Shown: piece after piece, positions 33,101 through 33,664 of the stretch
How positions within the stretch are numbered: the first letter of the stretch is position 1
Layout: each line of letters starts with the position of its first letter
From: Candidatus Omnitrophota bacterium
Lineage (GTDB): Bacteria; Omnitrophota; Gorgyraeia; Zapsychrales; JBDRMG01
NCBI GenBank assembly: GCA_043812495.1
Contig: JBDRMG010000020.1
Location: forward strand, 1 to 47,932
DNA length: 47,932 nucleotides
Direction: 5' to 3'
Notes under the pieces: model-generated
Seen by the model: only the letters and a program-made list of their open reading frames with translations
Told to the model about the DNA's origin: nothing
Databases searched by the model: none
Program-made: the position numbers and the translations under genes

Positions 33101-33664
33101 GATGTTCTCCTGGATATATTTGGCCATAAAAGCAATGATGGCGGGCGGCGTGTTTTCACGCATTTGTCCAAGGAGGGCCTCCAGGGCTTCATCAGGCGAA
33201 TGCAAACGGGCAAGCAAAGCATAAATTCTTTTCTGATCTTTTGGATGACTGGTTGTTATCATTTCTTCAAGATGCGTCAAAGTCATTTGCCTCATAGCCG
33301 GCAAACTGTAAGACCCGGCCAAAGCATCCGATGCCGCCTGTCGTCTCTGCGGATTTGATGATATGCTTTGGGCTAATAAGTATTCCTTTGAGGTTTTTGT
33401 ACCCACGGCCGCCAGAGCGCTCATGAGAGGCGATAAGTGTTCACGTAGAGTAACACTTTCTATTGCTTCTATTAAATGACCGGACAATTGATTTTTCTCC
33501 TTATCTTTCTTGATTCTTTCAAGCGCACCCAAAAAGAGGGCCGGAACTCCTGAAACCAAATCTTGAATAATTTGTTCATGGGTATCCAATGATCGCAAAA
33601 TGCTGACGGACTCTTTCGCAAACAATCCTGGCAAGGTCCCACATCTTGCGCGGATAACTATCAT
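2..33664 (-). CDS. Giant modular membrane-anchored protein, segment 2 (3'-partial, at least 11,221 codons; absent from the ORF track)
   Basis: Frame opens after TGA 33671-33673; first ATG 33662-33664 (MIVIRARCG...HEQIIQDLVSG). No TTA/CTA/TCA in plus triplets at positions 2 mod 3 in any stretch read. The track has no minus ORF in this frame below 33.6 kb, as expected for an ORF running off the edge. Many recognisable domains lie in this frame. Confidence 0.9.
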   Translation of the reverse strand, partial: MIVIRARCGTLPGLFAKESVSILRSLDTHEQIIQDLVSGVPALFLGALERIKKDKEKNQLSGHLIEAIESVTLREHLSPLMSALAAVGTKTSKEYLLAQSISSNPQRRQAASDALAGSYSLPAMRQMTLTHLEEMITTSHPKDQKRIYALLARLHSPDEALEALLGQMRENTPPAIIAFMAKYIQENISLQTLQGQYPHLTIPKIQSLARLLSQEATPKSFVFFVFVLQREERSLLRKQAYSVLKGLLNADTRFCVRGSYYRRVINRAIQDLSHENMDVRQKAAELLSQRMDAQIKMRLIAYWRTADTHPFAKAEIMGILSNHYDREVVEILIEQTKQTWLALHVQTEPLVSIANQDPRYGRWIIKRLRKALNTDDLRVYENVLARLLFIHDDAAGKIIRNEWLDTNQSAEKRARALFVLVSRLGDSQGIQLLLDVLTDTDQPQAILLCAVHQAGFFLSRGERAADFAWALEYCYQNLLEENRGYPVRKSIRPLISAHSNKELIHEFFLLGDVTVLGILGFVLAGLCLAGVLGKKRIPIYLTEIHNTNHANEISEQRQVLTGRLAFTDIESVPAPWGVLSDAWLTLKLAHNKQSCFVMIGNYIYCCLLTTFQQIVSGFIGLFLINGTVNNILSIRERRPNIDFHRSFNKEKVNKERASTDANRYTEIHLPVRDDREKPQGEQIKFIPCFPEGDIFQAVKEAIHRPAQDPHIEIKTYKEALKLSGLRYVVYADGQEVDSNCGPGEEQIGVYFWSDLKEMEASGRFAPAGMKRSRSEDALPAHYGWTGYGDPSILGILGLFFAGLCLVAFLRADDADEWSDQKIYDYFINEYFKGLPSISSKKTAYWYKGRMRKVTLTIIKKLTHTFKDFDQDALLGYAQVHYILEGVKTIENIKLSLAGICALRPGANNLKQLLDVFDDNLKTALRIIQKQKELIAQEQNKGKGEKFEEIAKLLESCPSPLIDEESVLKMEAWGAWPFIPHLTKELIDSETASATRENFSFVYWHLLRDVQREVLRLHQAYYAQFGEYPTQEALGQLAGMTDGRIWQFIHREINPFLEIFDLPTLEPKGKGKGKQLTEKQINSVSTLWETLCSDGQKPAFPYTRIRIASKGVPKGPLAVLRKYILVEEEPKSVRGGSPVLSKEEEIPADEDKEIEGQVTEPEAGEIEETEEAAATAPGVPEREEVEEAQITEPGITQVEGAQEEQDAVAEVKEREETFAVKFSESRRMKFDITTWIKDQLEEKKFSPTRQGGLMRSKIAIAIGGHQDIQSTRVKDVEYIIKELVDGQANITMTTANEIQKICQEGRSLDEILGIISGSTLCVVGFPFFDLCQSDVLMIVLGVLGILIVTFILSRKQNVMIITLGTFFALIISLSLFGDIHGLAAKNVPQFLMLCSCLAGMLKEESFVPSLTEALMRSEAKSSNRRNFSFVYWELLQDAQRKVLHIHQAYYAEFGIYPTQETLGELAQMTDGRVWQIIHREINPFLEIFDLPTLEIGEGNTKSQLIKEQADRITDLWEDACSDGQKPVLAYRKIRVASKGVPKHALITLRRYTIVEEEQRSAQIGMVIVLKEEGEAKPQPVDDSKTITEEIAIRALYRARGSLAKAASILNADQKEFEERLEALGLAHQPNIIEREFIDLLVTLRQQRGDLNRVAYGLGLDAHVLTQRIEWFALWQEVERIKEEVPQILAALKKTHGDIEEATDRLDRDENELLIKITQYKLEPDISHIRERVEELKVLMFRVGANIEFAAFVEGADPGNLGEKVRELQQEFREYGLEHAIKLIETQTQATAPSNSRMLGGQAGQPLLLGGKAQAKKVVIPEEKDIENILAKIVRHKNINWRDRRIVPLEVILFLLKQLEIESQKDIFEFDGHNLNTKKLACIGDTLSGLLNAYRDRNETINEAADNIKIEFGPLLHPDRTLLPAQLGQVSMEFTTKGLTNLPVVIGGAADRLTKLRALSFFEMLERRMTLRQQQAVRAFEEMFVETIERDLDEAEWCLETPEKDKFERTAAIIRDLEPVFELSLEYSIHILAGRPMDRFLALRERINGGGLYKKTGMASFREPVDNYIQELDKAICERRLGEAWEIYENLLGAILKLNEHERIYRLPLSEVDVDLYEDTLEALEKEVEKEIKKRKAQEKKAKEKISSDSSTPEGPALCLLGALDWMGAGAALIALLFNDFVLQYLQALTAWAQAPPVGGTLIAGFGLFAMMSIRPISGILSFLKLDVWIQAQIAKRNLPLKIKEIHFNPKLTLPEEVKDQIIKTATWKILSQAREPGRNANIELGQPLRDRLKGGKRITAQSLKLKGVVYATKRRVTPPLPVIYQEPSDFEFASDETGRHIILKKWYRKYRGALSAERSQNEYEIMEEGLEKGAGMNIPVAWGVYDDPRFDEEIGFVVIGVRNSSDERFDETIQKMAMEKARGWSNLEEGLMSILLAYSKMCKAKGIALRKFHDAGFLNYSGHDGNYQIDKRTKEVLTIDLDSAIKKIETPSQKIFLCQLLDVMSSLRGIHAMLFDLCSHGDLSSSQIETLEKHNPYLNFFKGYAHDYQWHQIRDLISQEARSLFRETMETCKPGEKDFLILRNKIGAFKSIEYSFDLVKLILEKQGIHPPFDEEGLKTELKVLQEERMLNFELEKNLSSVFGTIRVVFRVLKYVFKDMCKSKTRVMLNILLLILTIALPFIIDVTSSVFRGISHLHLIAFAWAVIIVIILNRTIHLTRKIAREIRQSLSQEEVKDGNSQADHQAILSLVDLPEMFLFLLLGALAVRLIRYFISFTLASPEVAGTFFAGHSSLSPGGDTLMIAAKDVPDGFGKTSVQTLISPAWDIVLGAAILAAVVICLVIGYWDKKKAKLLGKLNEFLRRNLRVFQDAFKSPAVNFFMVRNNKSDLRGIIPNFDMTALLVYLIKAEFLKDLYDLFAGKKGWLRGHTASSRTLWFGAGRTSWGSGSRYSWMASRMFLIASASVLPWLQHPLSEGQWATINPSWPFSITIFSFILFASFLIYNMASLKSQYGLKDNQGRSLAIMDESWIKPKSAPESSENISPYALLSPFWDVVIAIGLALGVVVYLVVKYWDKIKQHLFHRLSFREYFEKRCMFASINELKNENFLDSKVQRSVKKFAQEGANLMFRPMVLTMDQLEHIARNGLMVKESACGETSLYLDLGESLRNLQEGMHYLKGRYPKNNVGAFLFQIRGPYTGDDLLLENVPFDLPVTDIVLDLQYDHKKKEFMDATDGFKEMVSCTMMENYYQQKVQEPNLLPKSPEYLNDTLRTMLTLIKKGLEFSQAGDAIKEALSKTESLIAQLRFMNTASALGLTTCTKCISNLSCNKIDGDDCSGCSPEKPQFTPSQIRAFTSVAESIKSILSVYLDSAKKQKDQEQLSQEINKIVEEICQLDCAQSGQSGPGDSVAVYILPWANAPPAVVIGLVAALILAGLSLLYLAFFKKTSKQDILPVDALYTGRLFIFQKICRVTDWNIGFVNETEGPGHDTTFTVEIPNKQRIPDILNLAWLDEQANILKDAARGILAPQAREILKDPKKVRGLSVIKFILLYHQILNYYFIPHINAIPEHINFDIEQIVGAEYLKQYLRTREGGWIGHVVREHVLLPIVKEFVLYMLEQEDFWKARLQKKDKKEIRELMTCTVKDFYEKDDVFEERKKDIFLIIFEICRQFKIISNDLSSRLWIYCLLPGDEHEFSNLAARAISKCDLLGIDCEDCYDRLNLMADQAFQQAAAFLQAKNQNTAQAVKRYRKSFDCAAKIADLEAKSYSSVTWPAYSIPFELGVLKSQGVDVGLVLKALHISESSLPLFDVPVFPRKNTDRKTGTVPASFEDRGGDCPYVQNNNALVWPFVIGGVALIIAVALALKYWRTARNRLCAIKNECQDLPAQWLFNLGFYQGEEERRWDTVGYGALMAVIFIVVSFLRIFNIEAPLKFELSSAVTIISILGMTVLFLLTVPLVFVLSRTVCGLRTMRAIRKSHRRLPYAQEVIQIIRSPIKPHVVAAVALLGLDAICLWGHAPVWMRLLVYLSMAIQIFFIGCLKDSNELGIRALRENEIEYDNLVEEINTTLALDLSEYRLKYLRKILRKCQAHEDIIAEGKEGLTKAAVMQPLIDYLEKIIKDAENRILSSTPEGPGHSDEGNVTYCILPLAMMPSVDVIAQGSGFGLEFLQDIMPWFNAPPMELISGSLQNLGTLQLSDFSLSTILLVTVIFILVVFIILQIILSRKTADQEILSAFQNPRIVEYLERATVINFQSAGMTEHEAMKLWRIISRSRNLAEAKSAIYEAGFTFRESGSRFGRIYQTRGDQERLESAFDVMQEKVKDYLGGGVIADIGCGDDLGLGRIILENVKDVYEYTGTDIRPLKISLEDEDPRLKFELQTRESKVPVKDRRADIVIINAGLHHARKNVPSKLIAESHRIARDQGIVLVVEDCVLPQDHPDYNEVLFDGHGLIEKFSRLTDKEQKQVLAVLCWFNNQVVAGKADMPLARNHKTYEEWIRRFEKAGFEVVKVVFIGIYPNTIFNSTHVLFILKKKKQGSFSYSLPHRRMFILLSIAALAVLGLLLAVPYFFDGLPLLSFWNHLSVLAFPVFGIIGESNANRKREDEELLKAALGEKGFELMERIGEGNQGIVFKAKKTDGSIVAVKVQKTDARKNFDEKTVNKIIKNAGSHKRVVIFDHMNSVDVDGRKRPYIVMEFFEGKNMHQAWRDGDLRKLSFYDLVRILIQVADARTHLYKNGIRQLDDSLTNVLIDQELKTVKLCDYDTPSSWTFGCKNTYILKRLLSRMLMLSDEKHVVLNEYRIAETWFDEQPLSKNEYEFVWQVASIVRNAYKNPIQYQSADAIIGELQEALNKNLIQTKIQGLDQGRASPLNTRKFLTPELEAYRQRLIARLDKTSNGFARWLIFGPAALFVNRRTPFWKGQEPSSEEPVFWGLDPNNLIRPSRRLYLSDSLSLKGCGGAGLCVHGDKREDWPILVENAQTPTHVLQYGADAGYLKTEMENGLSFAYLLEQVWGQEESRDLSIPLGIKKLLSVVCCGREMNLRTYFYQLTDSVLNVILRKELFDMRDLMLSVEKNYYVRKFLRHAQPSQLICAHSSAMRVDLLGPLLEKQDERNHYLQQQGFKVYSSVSDTQQCANALIRLIDNIFEEILLRYKKPDFDSSLYRFTDEYLAKVFSENKEVVRQTYFSIVRSIAIKMGTLWAVGGQTGGDAVAERNVGLRKGRAILHDIDGRINCVPNTRTITFQEREFRDGFLEDRNAINHTLWRIRELLNIDQATLDKGDEIYGQTLMSAVRATHERVLQNPHQRVLNPQYVQAYLKWLREVDIDKLDFLLCFHNAFLLHKNLAQGRVEQIEREPCQFNLLMPVVGDCGIWIIFSLLALAIGTVRASGRKLSSEKQPENRLSRFVRKTLVLFLCVWYRKNQEQVNSRLHQLHEKGYISNHYWADTRQILREILFVAMWFIGAEFAYYANLVFLYRFYPAELSPIKLLVGCLLVGIVNGVIPIIHSLSHIMTAWRIEEANERKGILLPSASQRIRAVRAPVRTHRFFATAGILLAASAIGVFMYGNTHPGDKHFVIRLIVQYFPWIFAISMGTIGHIVEFLLALIGPSDGKAARAIDRYRGDYEFFRETVTYIAENKDMDLRERILKLKAVIQTAKRKNRAIQEDEIRDYRAIQEDEIRDFGQGIHENHPALNVLGVLIDYAEGLLKELRRQEKDREMSGGYAGDIMAVKGDYEFPGLDDGRVQRVQATKIMAHLNPKQRRKFFEEVFRVLVDGGQLRITEIDNQVCKIGCPKTIVDELIAVGFIVQPEDIYQVRFSDGSMCIRIEASKPRRKGSSRNSGISQLLALGAWETGLIAGAVLLAALFIVLRRTIAKWMADRAPPSVLAALGKIKSEISNAKIFMTAALIPAMVDWFFKIYVWIMIPATVHISQPGDGTGALDHTVIENYRILAKHIIHILGGHVSLDHIVNPQTFDRLSTLILYAIYISMSVAFMKLFTIKNRPGRILFHLALGISISGYLTRISEYIFIGPTRDWLASDVVVSDLADISTRFYHPLICGCIIALGALFISRLAKQVIGKRRARPSHQPDDTADAPENKPGQHSLFITFGGWEMAAMALVMVGLVIRDSVMELLERSAMENHPETRKTMLDKAMDEAGDDPVRLAVYRHLAKYYNYTRRPQDTIRVLESAIAEAEKMKQSALENDHEFIEEIDVDNRGLLINTLGRDGDYNRIWDIAKESAEIYPHRDTFRGFLAKVIKVMDQEGKTEEAITLLRRAIHESPSTSIYYRLLGRVYEARGRTRELVYILAEAVTHVSDEESQIFSKILSSTINILRKSGKNDEALEYLDIMIDSLPHDDFFRSKRADILMEMERYQEALQYLDKDIDHNAGDGAFRCQRAQALIALGRFEEASANLREEVKDPRFCNDPIFWTLLITVLRRRGSPKEAQEEVLREALKRCPGDPQLNVMARTNRLPGYIDPNDPDGLLSRCEIGFFLPDGLEGVMGEWGVLIGLAAGFLVFGIAMVQNRREHSPEEIRSFFEALNEIYPLYLEHRVSVVGCYIDFSHPASSLPTNFCRKVKDLHGRFPAIMEDLYQCDDAYGDLIFTPQGETMVLLGASGSGKTSLATTFIKDHKFSFGCHDYLRIFSLSKKLFAAPKYQSPGTIKTKTGLAGNVDVIKRVGSLKYIVCLISIDTDRFVIEEVNSMNSISYFGLWLVPHMNRIGPINTENVRAFRILVPNYYQTSKIEGYEFEGMRFQPNYHLMAKMICEKISSKPNPVACLDVLSLVNLESILGEWGVLLGLLFVLLVYRAGINPQEASYREAFEEWKKTGNPENFISRQDRDEFQLIHYNRINHHAATLVENFNTSGMDIRMGTFDLLRSFGYTQIFEERFGGNYKDLLGSFIDGSGALILDMARFAAHHFALIGNSVSCFLRFPEFENKFTRLIVEILHEKRKKGERQVTILVPGCAFGQEVVSWAWILETIVKAKVSDFRNFSFKLVGVEKRKDIFRLASFRLAKGFDILTALTRGHILDVQGIMRRLNAMQEINQNLLFYQKNIQLIHGQIPSLEFSGLLEEADLLILNYLWYLLDRSEKRKVIQELNKVLWPRGRLRLLTRDGIDAKWIFSSATAHKDSPIYYSVFAIDGTGFLMMIMAFSMLAVALRVVSTGDHQEEEFDFGEFLESVADGKIPQDEALSVLSAMGPDALCELDRAMYAVMTYPKEQQRIAAVRLLGAIRTNEAMDQLMLALVHMIRSFGKERTGRKFRERTEEELEEVKNSLVAYGDQLVGRICDEEMFLWAYAVEADYAHHLADILARINTPQARKCLRDLKQWAVLERVLQEKRFVPSGFLRKTSYAVTNGIDNYGPGLPNDMVPFVRLLKRHVRIHPVPLFESRIPFKPIRIFKDLLQNYVLQNRLVEELIRKFEDDPYAQSSKDIVVLCCQEAFELWVQAIEQKDYPVSTIVAIDGKMRSERDTINSSHLKNIIHLSTETPVCSSIRKRQFQNIRTTRIRMPGSGCSIFDSIDYWPFMIGVILRASNPHSLECYLEEKGAKFGDNEIMVDAGQISIKDRLEAGDCKILVAPLFVGFESLGIEWRWLLSLIMLAFVVGMVKIKQRQQHSHRKIKPRPLLFHLLTEHFGVEGLKDEDEMMKILNYSAGNGKGVFVILDSAADAPREDIGKSAELKIKQLNGDRGVGSYEGSMQYMGKAKTAIQYIKVSLLIVSNQALWKPYSKLYPHHQRPEELFQDGDPNPDLKLALKAAHEVVVNRRSPRKKKDTDQVEKPMNEVLAARRLKQFRTRAEELARRLQGIKDWAEDGEIRNVERLSEDLEAQISDFENTPHQQSAGCVNAAIKALSGALNSIDRNIQTARERAIVSFEERIEQIRSGAKGLNVTIKHVDFRERFSGIRSRRIFDERCAEINRELNQVCEEIEEVRAKMQEIKTAHEKKLFQEVSKGLLLLLEATKDVEKIIKRSLKTLGDILDRYVDRKTEEGDWQIRRDNLTTMQGDLSRISDELKKTIQDFLDNEEIPRKRRMIQLRTQVIDLFLTNMNRPRLSMNSSTATLKQESESNFQAGSFEKSPEKLLLGTGTFERNANAITKFGNISRSPIGQISVFGMTPDRFHRVELGRVGREPFNLDSVTMFLEELPEDLGLVNSPTVKDEDNLSPSFSQESFQKSENFEGVNVIGVDGEVKIELLAAGRNADGADNRKSIMFLGLTLNGRLSPQRPRPTDNGLQHEPALVNEDQYLFSPVLTSARSSFATLRPSCDPARERFAPAFDNSTPAFVISARHDLGESRFQNVSLLPSRFAPASTTGLRTRVLEDPAREVPGAFVSASKIADSRDADGADTSSHLSRNPGRFSSTSLSSAGLLPILRLLPMASCPAPAKRWPCVFVARSLLESLVVSYIYLYLKKVNIGIEKINKDMEAKASSLICKHIVETVFVLFQDGLGKRRAFFIQLFRALKAFDFKAIGWLTGTFFGTFRNTMRLRRLFAGLGSEGWRWGMRARQSPQRGCRANILDLAVVTLILETVAAYQNYTDEDIPSFLVKIRENIEAKDFTLTRKGMFHVTIVKMLRKLHKAGRLTLGCSIGFPVPSGLSSPGIFDRLWQTGSAGELLLVLGFLAILGILAMIIIVKRAQGPPAEKKANAWSLFVFRAPAGALSIAVFGLIIIFFGPLGLIALTSTVAGGGALAALSSLGPAALSFLHIFSLIPLAGMVKIGTMENQEEPYRIENHKIGVVYIRDGTLVEKMHIVFTATAIAARKYIKEENRQKYPLEYLINKFFEYSGLNVRQKLMKFEQEHGQGILASLDDIVELYNEYIERDYESVGLFKGSEQLLKKLQASGVRQFLISGYPDEDIQRWLKTELGKKIGQYLIAYGERKENGVIILEKGKSQFDYIRGKHGIERFYFVADATSEIELMRRAKADLNLTLIGFANAISPELVSRAVEEITRKKATINIRKLRLPEHYQIEKTLNNAGADKTVNNMGELEGYFLSTGSKKGDAQEAGDSVFRRFVVPQSGQFSSKIIHIWDGEQPTRELLGDADIVIIGEPDDTGAIKNLGRPGAKFGPHEVIKYLIDRAELSLAGKENIGELIIVYLGNIKVSEYNPQKHKLISSQYGGPYPDIIADTYRNVEAVFSEIQKINPHITILAIGGDHGFAHPNFYTFKGRKGIVVADAHLDARSMTSRTSGRMDGYSSGTPFYATMTREGSNVSSENLHYIGVIDKAQFFNSRLRFLMSKGLTMENIHLLEEVKNRHREGKLDLLIKQIFQRLENNGIDTIHTSICMDVVNRQEAPGRSAKNEDGVPGEVILRLAYQAGKNPSVRLFDIFETAPPLDRENKTSKLVAGTIFGFFQGARHAIRVMPLTLGREYIFEWPSASAVQNWFNLPYIRRYPHRIHRRIITLFGTREIGYPEVNAGIEISAFDTAPLATIQERQKSGRYFAIRIQCELYFIDIGERHFEEIRILPVSTQPRVRGRGWWEGPRNEVLERFVEAFGPLSAIWEPVPAFKHDPPAWARTNNNIASPSMCSLGCFVLPETVVIIVIILTAFFIWQRMIRGPDVDRNQRTDYRKQSELRGQAGYIKWSFALTASCFIVIILGPLGLLSHQLSAISGQIGPAALGLSAAEALSIAPLVPVAPLEMFATFLAAGLVGMVDGEDQKPKIDFDTVLDVWLRALSEQAEKFFSGDEEFLIAFWQWEVEVIRNLERLINLAQDRSLQYIWKQQDPSINEMIGKLSTLSEKLKSLVNGVWKRGDLGLPLEMLPQAKSIMEMPIPFIEELRDKVLALGDTAFKDKVNRFKEDTELVVRSIRYISSCLDEYIKVWYDSKPPTAPEDTTSVDCFVVSPAVVGLVLLGILAYSIWQMAYGSQLYPRPYTLYALPIAATLLLVITPAFLPPALGMVDGDLSSSQSIDKFTHQLFDLLKTLRENKGQHNAFERNVYFTASRRVVKILQMHLDWDLSQEEEPKCPAFVNLLMTLGEDFLAGNKDRKDYTTILRSALGKLIERYGSKQDESEVLVFLGQWPAQIEERDIASQLGEVATAILKYAKGEEVSRIDMLGTLGIEVQSFKEEEKDINSLLSDLGSLDYSAVTGALRRIGSISEENLRVEDMPEDIIKGIALLQELNNRIRRYLNSYDFYPDSFGPGLGILDEFGKEVISIFKEILGVTTNAIILNAAWLLITQYYIFPNDKSREGHPVLWGPREATKRSVIIVRTKRFILNIRAFHPIMPREAVIELTQDVGESKDDLVVFDVLWLDDETLTFYSYPRNVVDKEGEFQESHAGDWYKYTDKEVDMTERLNRDERAAASLRGSLGKSSDSAEGFLRIDLPEDEKEFVKAKSQLAESAYGVSYERLLTDEIIRVVRFLVEGGINLDKPLSLYDSAIDMFARRDIKVWNTMPIRQFLSEVDKGISERSGFGCFLLPVAVGVGMMTMILIAYFIWQIRIRAPVETQIDADCRHRLTQMIKPRGQVVKRWQPPEARPRLGRRPRRASLAKGGMGDGRWEISPISNLQSNIYYRLLAITAAFGLALGIFIIFAPGLHGSAGALAVSQLAFPIVTVGMIRIDRQQIDEKELIYAAKWYLRILRENISAHLAKLKEQFDGLESKILERIFDKNLYSFKSMAGTLRMADKTLYKVFLGMVVRLIKTEKGLRDYVKAAAKLRSELKEEIALSREDYYILAQLLYLARDKNPERIKQLIGLAPAALKTKRLTEETLGRMRRCLDEISKGTDIKDMAVRFAVERLHPKSESDQNRALKDLKAEDYNDIVSDGIYGYLNCFFRIPEMRKEFVEFKKKLERLAEEDVRVVNGFAMQAVRDLSEAEFEKLNSAYHMLFGVQSSQVDFNKRKQILRGQRKALRFIRQGGGIDRKRIPERGFYPHHLDPVPPNVIAYPDILDQIIVMLNGTKKYPRVLASDCTKMRAYLINLRAEELEALISRYPGLCERIRELYPYYLRAIKFKIEARDIDTDIIRLIAADNTGVEIAKSLHMRTSTAAFAINKVLSIFWLDSARIDHYLAVCQERLDSNSAWSIEELYEFWRHKDMQKILTDEQKQRLAQIKEDLRTRTGFNLFEHMLKTYQLTDVYPSDMIDALLRRFYERTPDKEDRKRIFESCGLSRRQINYLDIVYGGTDKAGEGRLKIYGYREEAAGRIGVDIHTISYNLSVAKGVIGHEVLDVLFYFAEYPVACHGDVRPAKQGEISPKIKDFGRKGESRTLRSSNMKRSEIFERSRVRYSA
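3..166. repeat. Multi-hairpin MITE/REP-like element translated in frame
   Basis: Outer IR gccgaatacc (3-12) / ggtattcggc (157-166). Inner hairpins: aactctac..gtagagtt, cgcccaaaatc-ttt-gattttgggcg, cgccctgc-ttt-gcagggcg, ccccgtggc-aa-gccacgggg. Confidence 0.8.
5610..6620 (-). other. Formimidoylglutamase (HutG)/arginase-family domain
   Basis: GRPGAKFGP, GGDH (6227-6238), DAHLD (6155-6169), SGTPF, ICMDV..APGRSA, ETAPPLD. Confidence 0.88.
6720..7520 (-). other. HAD-like hydrolase domain (nucleophile Asp replaced)
   Basis: VVYIRDGTLV (cf. DxDGTL), LFKGSEQLLKKL..SG..FLISG, FVADATSEI, AGADKTV. Confidence 0.7.
8479..8970 (+). CDS. IS630 transposase orfA (HTH / winged HTH)
   Basis: 163 aa; SEVAEELGVARQTISWW HTH, GPQAHGY..LWTLERIA, LGWSCQKPER, W...WP motifs. 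Confidence 0.9.
   Translation: MRPQGTPEEIEQRRRKAIALLEQGKKPSEVAEELGVARQTISWWKRIVRDYGKDGLKCQPHPHRESQLSLKQRQKLQELLLQGPQAHGYADQLWTLERIAKVIKKHFGIGFHPSHVWRILQKLGWSCQKPERIALEQDHKKVEEWRKKTWPRLKRGKKGTGLH
8939..9487 (+). CDS. IS630 transposase orfB (DDE domain), probably joined to orfA by frameshift
   Basis: Frame opens at 8939. FIDESG (Asp 8969-8971, upstream of ATG 8984), LILDGWRVH and LPPYSPQLNPVE give an intact DDE triad. GGGGGAAAAAAG run at 8942-8953 in the overlap. Confidence 0.88.
   Translation, partial: NGGKKVLVFIDESGFMLQPVVRRTWALRGQTPIQRQSQKHDRLSVISAISVSSSRKKFNLYFTIHSDNIHSLEVLRFLERLLRKTRGKIVLILDGWRVHKAKILRQFFQEHRDRIQIEWLPPYSPQLNPVEPVWSHTKYADLANWAPADVAKLRYGVRVSLKRTCSKQKLLRAFFKTSGLEI
12330..13250 (-). 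other. CheR-type methyltransferase domain
   Basis: NSVSCFLRFPEF, VTILVPGCAFGQEVVSWA, KLVGVE, ADLLILNYLWYLLD, LWPRGRL. Confidence 0.75.
13400..14090 (-). other. P-loop NTPase domain (HPr-kinase-like)
   Basis: MVLLGASGSGKTSLA (Walker A 13823-13846) followed by FGCHDYLRI. Confidence 0.7.
14310..15300 (-). other. TPR repeat domain
   Basis: GKTEEAITLLRRAI..P, YRLLGRVYEARG, ERYQEALQYLD, RAQALIALGRFEEA. Confidence 0.85.
15480..15990 (-). other. Signal peptidase II (LspA)-like domain
   Basis: MVDWFFK, VSLDHIVNPQTF, LALGISISGYLTRISEYIFIGPTRDWL and VVSDLADIS follow the LspA motif order. Confidence 0.65.
16190..16620 (-). other. Partial class I methyltransferase domain (motif I not seen)
   Basis: VLIDYAEGLLKE, IMAHL...FFEEVFRVLVDGGQLRITE, ELIAVGF. 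Confidence 0.55.
16645..16710. repeat. Perfect 33-bp tandem duplication (11 codons)
   Basis: aatctctgatttcatcttcctgaatggctctat x2; IEPFRKMKSEI twice. Confidence 0.95.
16850..17340 (-). other. Degenerate site-2-protease (M50)-like membrane domain
   Basis: TM helices with IIHSLSHIMTA (cf. HExxH), ATAGIL (cf. AGP), LIGPSDG (cf. PxDG). Confidence 0.5.
17750..18860 (-). other. Kinase-fold domain, SelO/YdiU-like motif order
   Basis: LSLKGCGG near 18815-18835; later AERNVG...ILHDIDG. Weak motif evidence only. Confidence 0.35.
19120..19850 (-). other. Hanks-type Ser/Thr kinase domain
   Basis: IGEGNQGIVFKA (GEGNQG 19796-19813), VAVK, PYIVMEF, QLDDSLTNVLI, VKLCDYD. Confidence 0.85.
20070..20950 (-). 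other. Class I SAM-dependent methyltransferase domain
   Basis: VIADIGCGD (DIGCG 20672-20686), GTDI, ADIVIINAGLHH, ESHRIARDQGIVLVVE, EEWIRRFEKAGF. Confidence 0.85.
22165..22211. repeat. 16-bp inverted repeat (GGGACAGTCCCC type)
   Basis: agggacagtccccgcc / ggcggggactgtccct; translated GTVP...GDCP just before a TM linker. Confidence 0.8.
24562..24619. repeat. Perfect 17-bp inverted repeat upstream of the hicBA promoter
   Basis: caggggcgctctttggc / gccaaagagcgcccctg with a 24-nt loop. Confidence 0.85.
24638..24678 (+). promoter_or_regulatory. Sigma70-like promoter and RBS of hicBA
   Basis: TTGACT (24638-43), 17 bp spacer, TATAGA (24661-66) with TG extension; AAGGAGG 24672-78, 8 nt before ATG 24687. 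Confidence 0.65.
24687..24890 (+). CDS. hicB: HicB-family antitoxin (short form)
   Basis: 67 aa; GFIVAHCPSLKGCWSQGKTEAEAIKNIREAIQLYLE is a typical HicB core; strong RBS. Confidence 0.92.
   Translation: MKLKIVIENGQDGFIVAHCPSLKGCWSQGKTEAEAIKNIREAIQLYLEPDPQEVRPAPNHKVLELAV
24887..25114 (+). pseudogene. hicA: HicA-family mRNA interferase toxin with premature stop
   Basis: GTG overlaps the hicB stop (GTGA). MTPKPPLLSGKEIVKVFKKLGFYQVNQKGSHIKIRNDST*ITLIVPDHKEVDRWTLKGILKDAEISAEKFIQLTK; TAA at 25004-25006. Confidence 0.88.
25243..25320. repeat. Double-hairpin REPIN-like element, copy 3
   Basis: cagggacgtccttcgccg / cggcgaagaacgtccctg (1 mismatch); inner tgtcccc / ggggaca. Confidence 0.82.
25850..26800 (-). 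other. Kinase-fold domain (Kdo/WaaP/RIO-like, atypical catalytic loop)
   Basis: LKLKG, NEYEIME, LRKFHDAGFLNYSGHDGNY, VLTIDLDS. Confidence 0.55.
29000..30690 (-). repeat. Duplicated ~130-aa HTH-containing module (~30290-30690 and ~29000-29400)
   Basis: FSFVYW.LL...HQAYYA.FG.YPTQE.LG.LA.MTDGR.WQ.IHREINPFLEIFDLPTLE in both copies. Confidence 0.85.
29504..29579. repeat. Double-hairpin REPIN-like element, copy 2
   Basis: Perfect 16-bp IR agggacgttcttcgcc / ggcgaagaacgtccct; inner tgtccc / gggaca. Confidence 0.82.
32150..33600 (-). other. HEAT/armadillo-like repeat domain
   Basis: ALAAVGT...SSNPQRRQAASDALA, DLSHENMDVRQKAAELL, RLGDSQGIQLLLDVL. Confidence 0.7.

Noticed and set aside
33500..33578. 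TGA recoding (alternative genetic code) joining the segments
   Set aside because: Read-through meets another TGA after 18 codons and then TAA; the continuation is in a different frame, and TGA is not used elsewhere in the frame.
33576..33584. Canonical CCC-TGA +1 shift site
   Set aside because: The in-frame codons are TAC CCA TGA; re-pairing in the +1 frame is poor.
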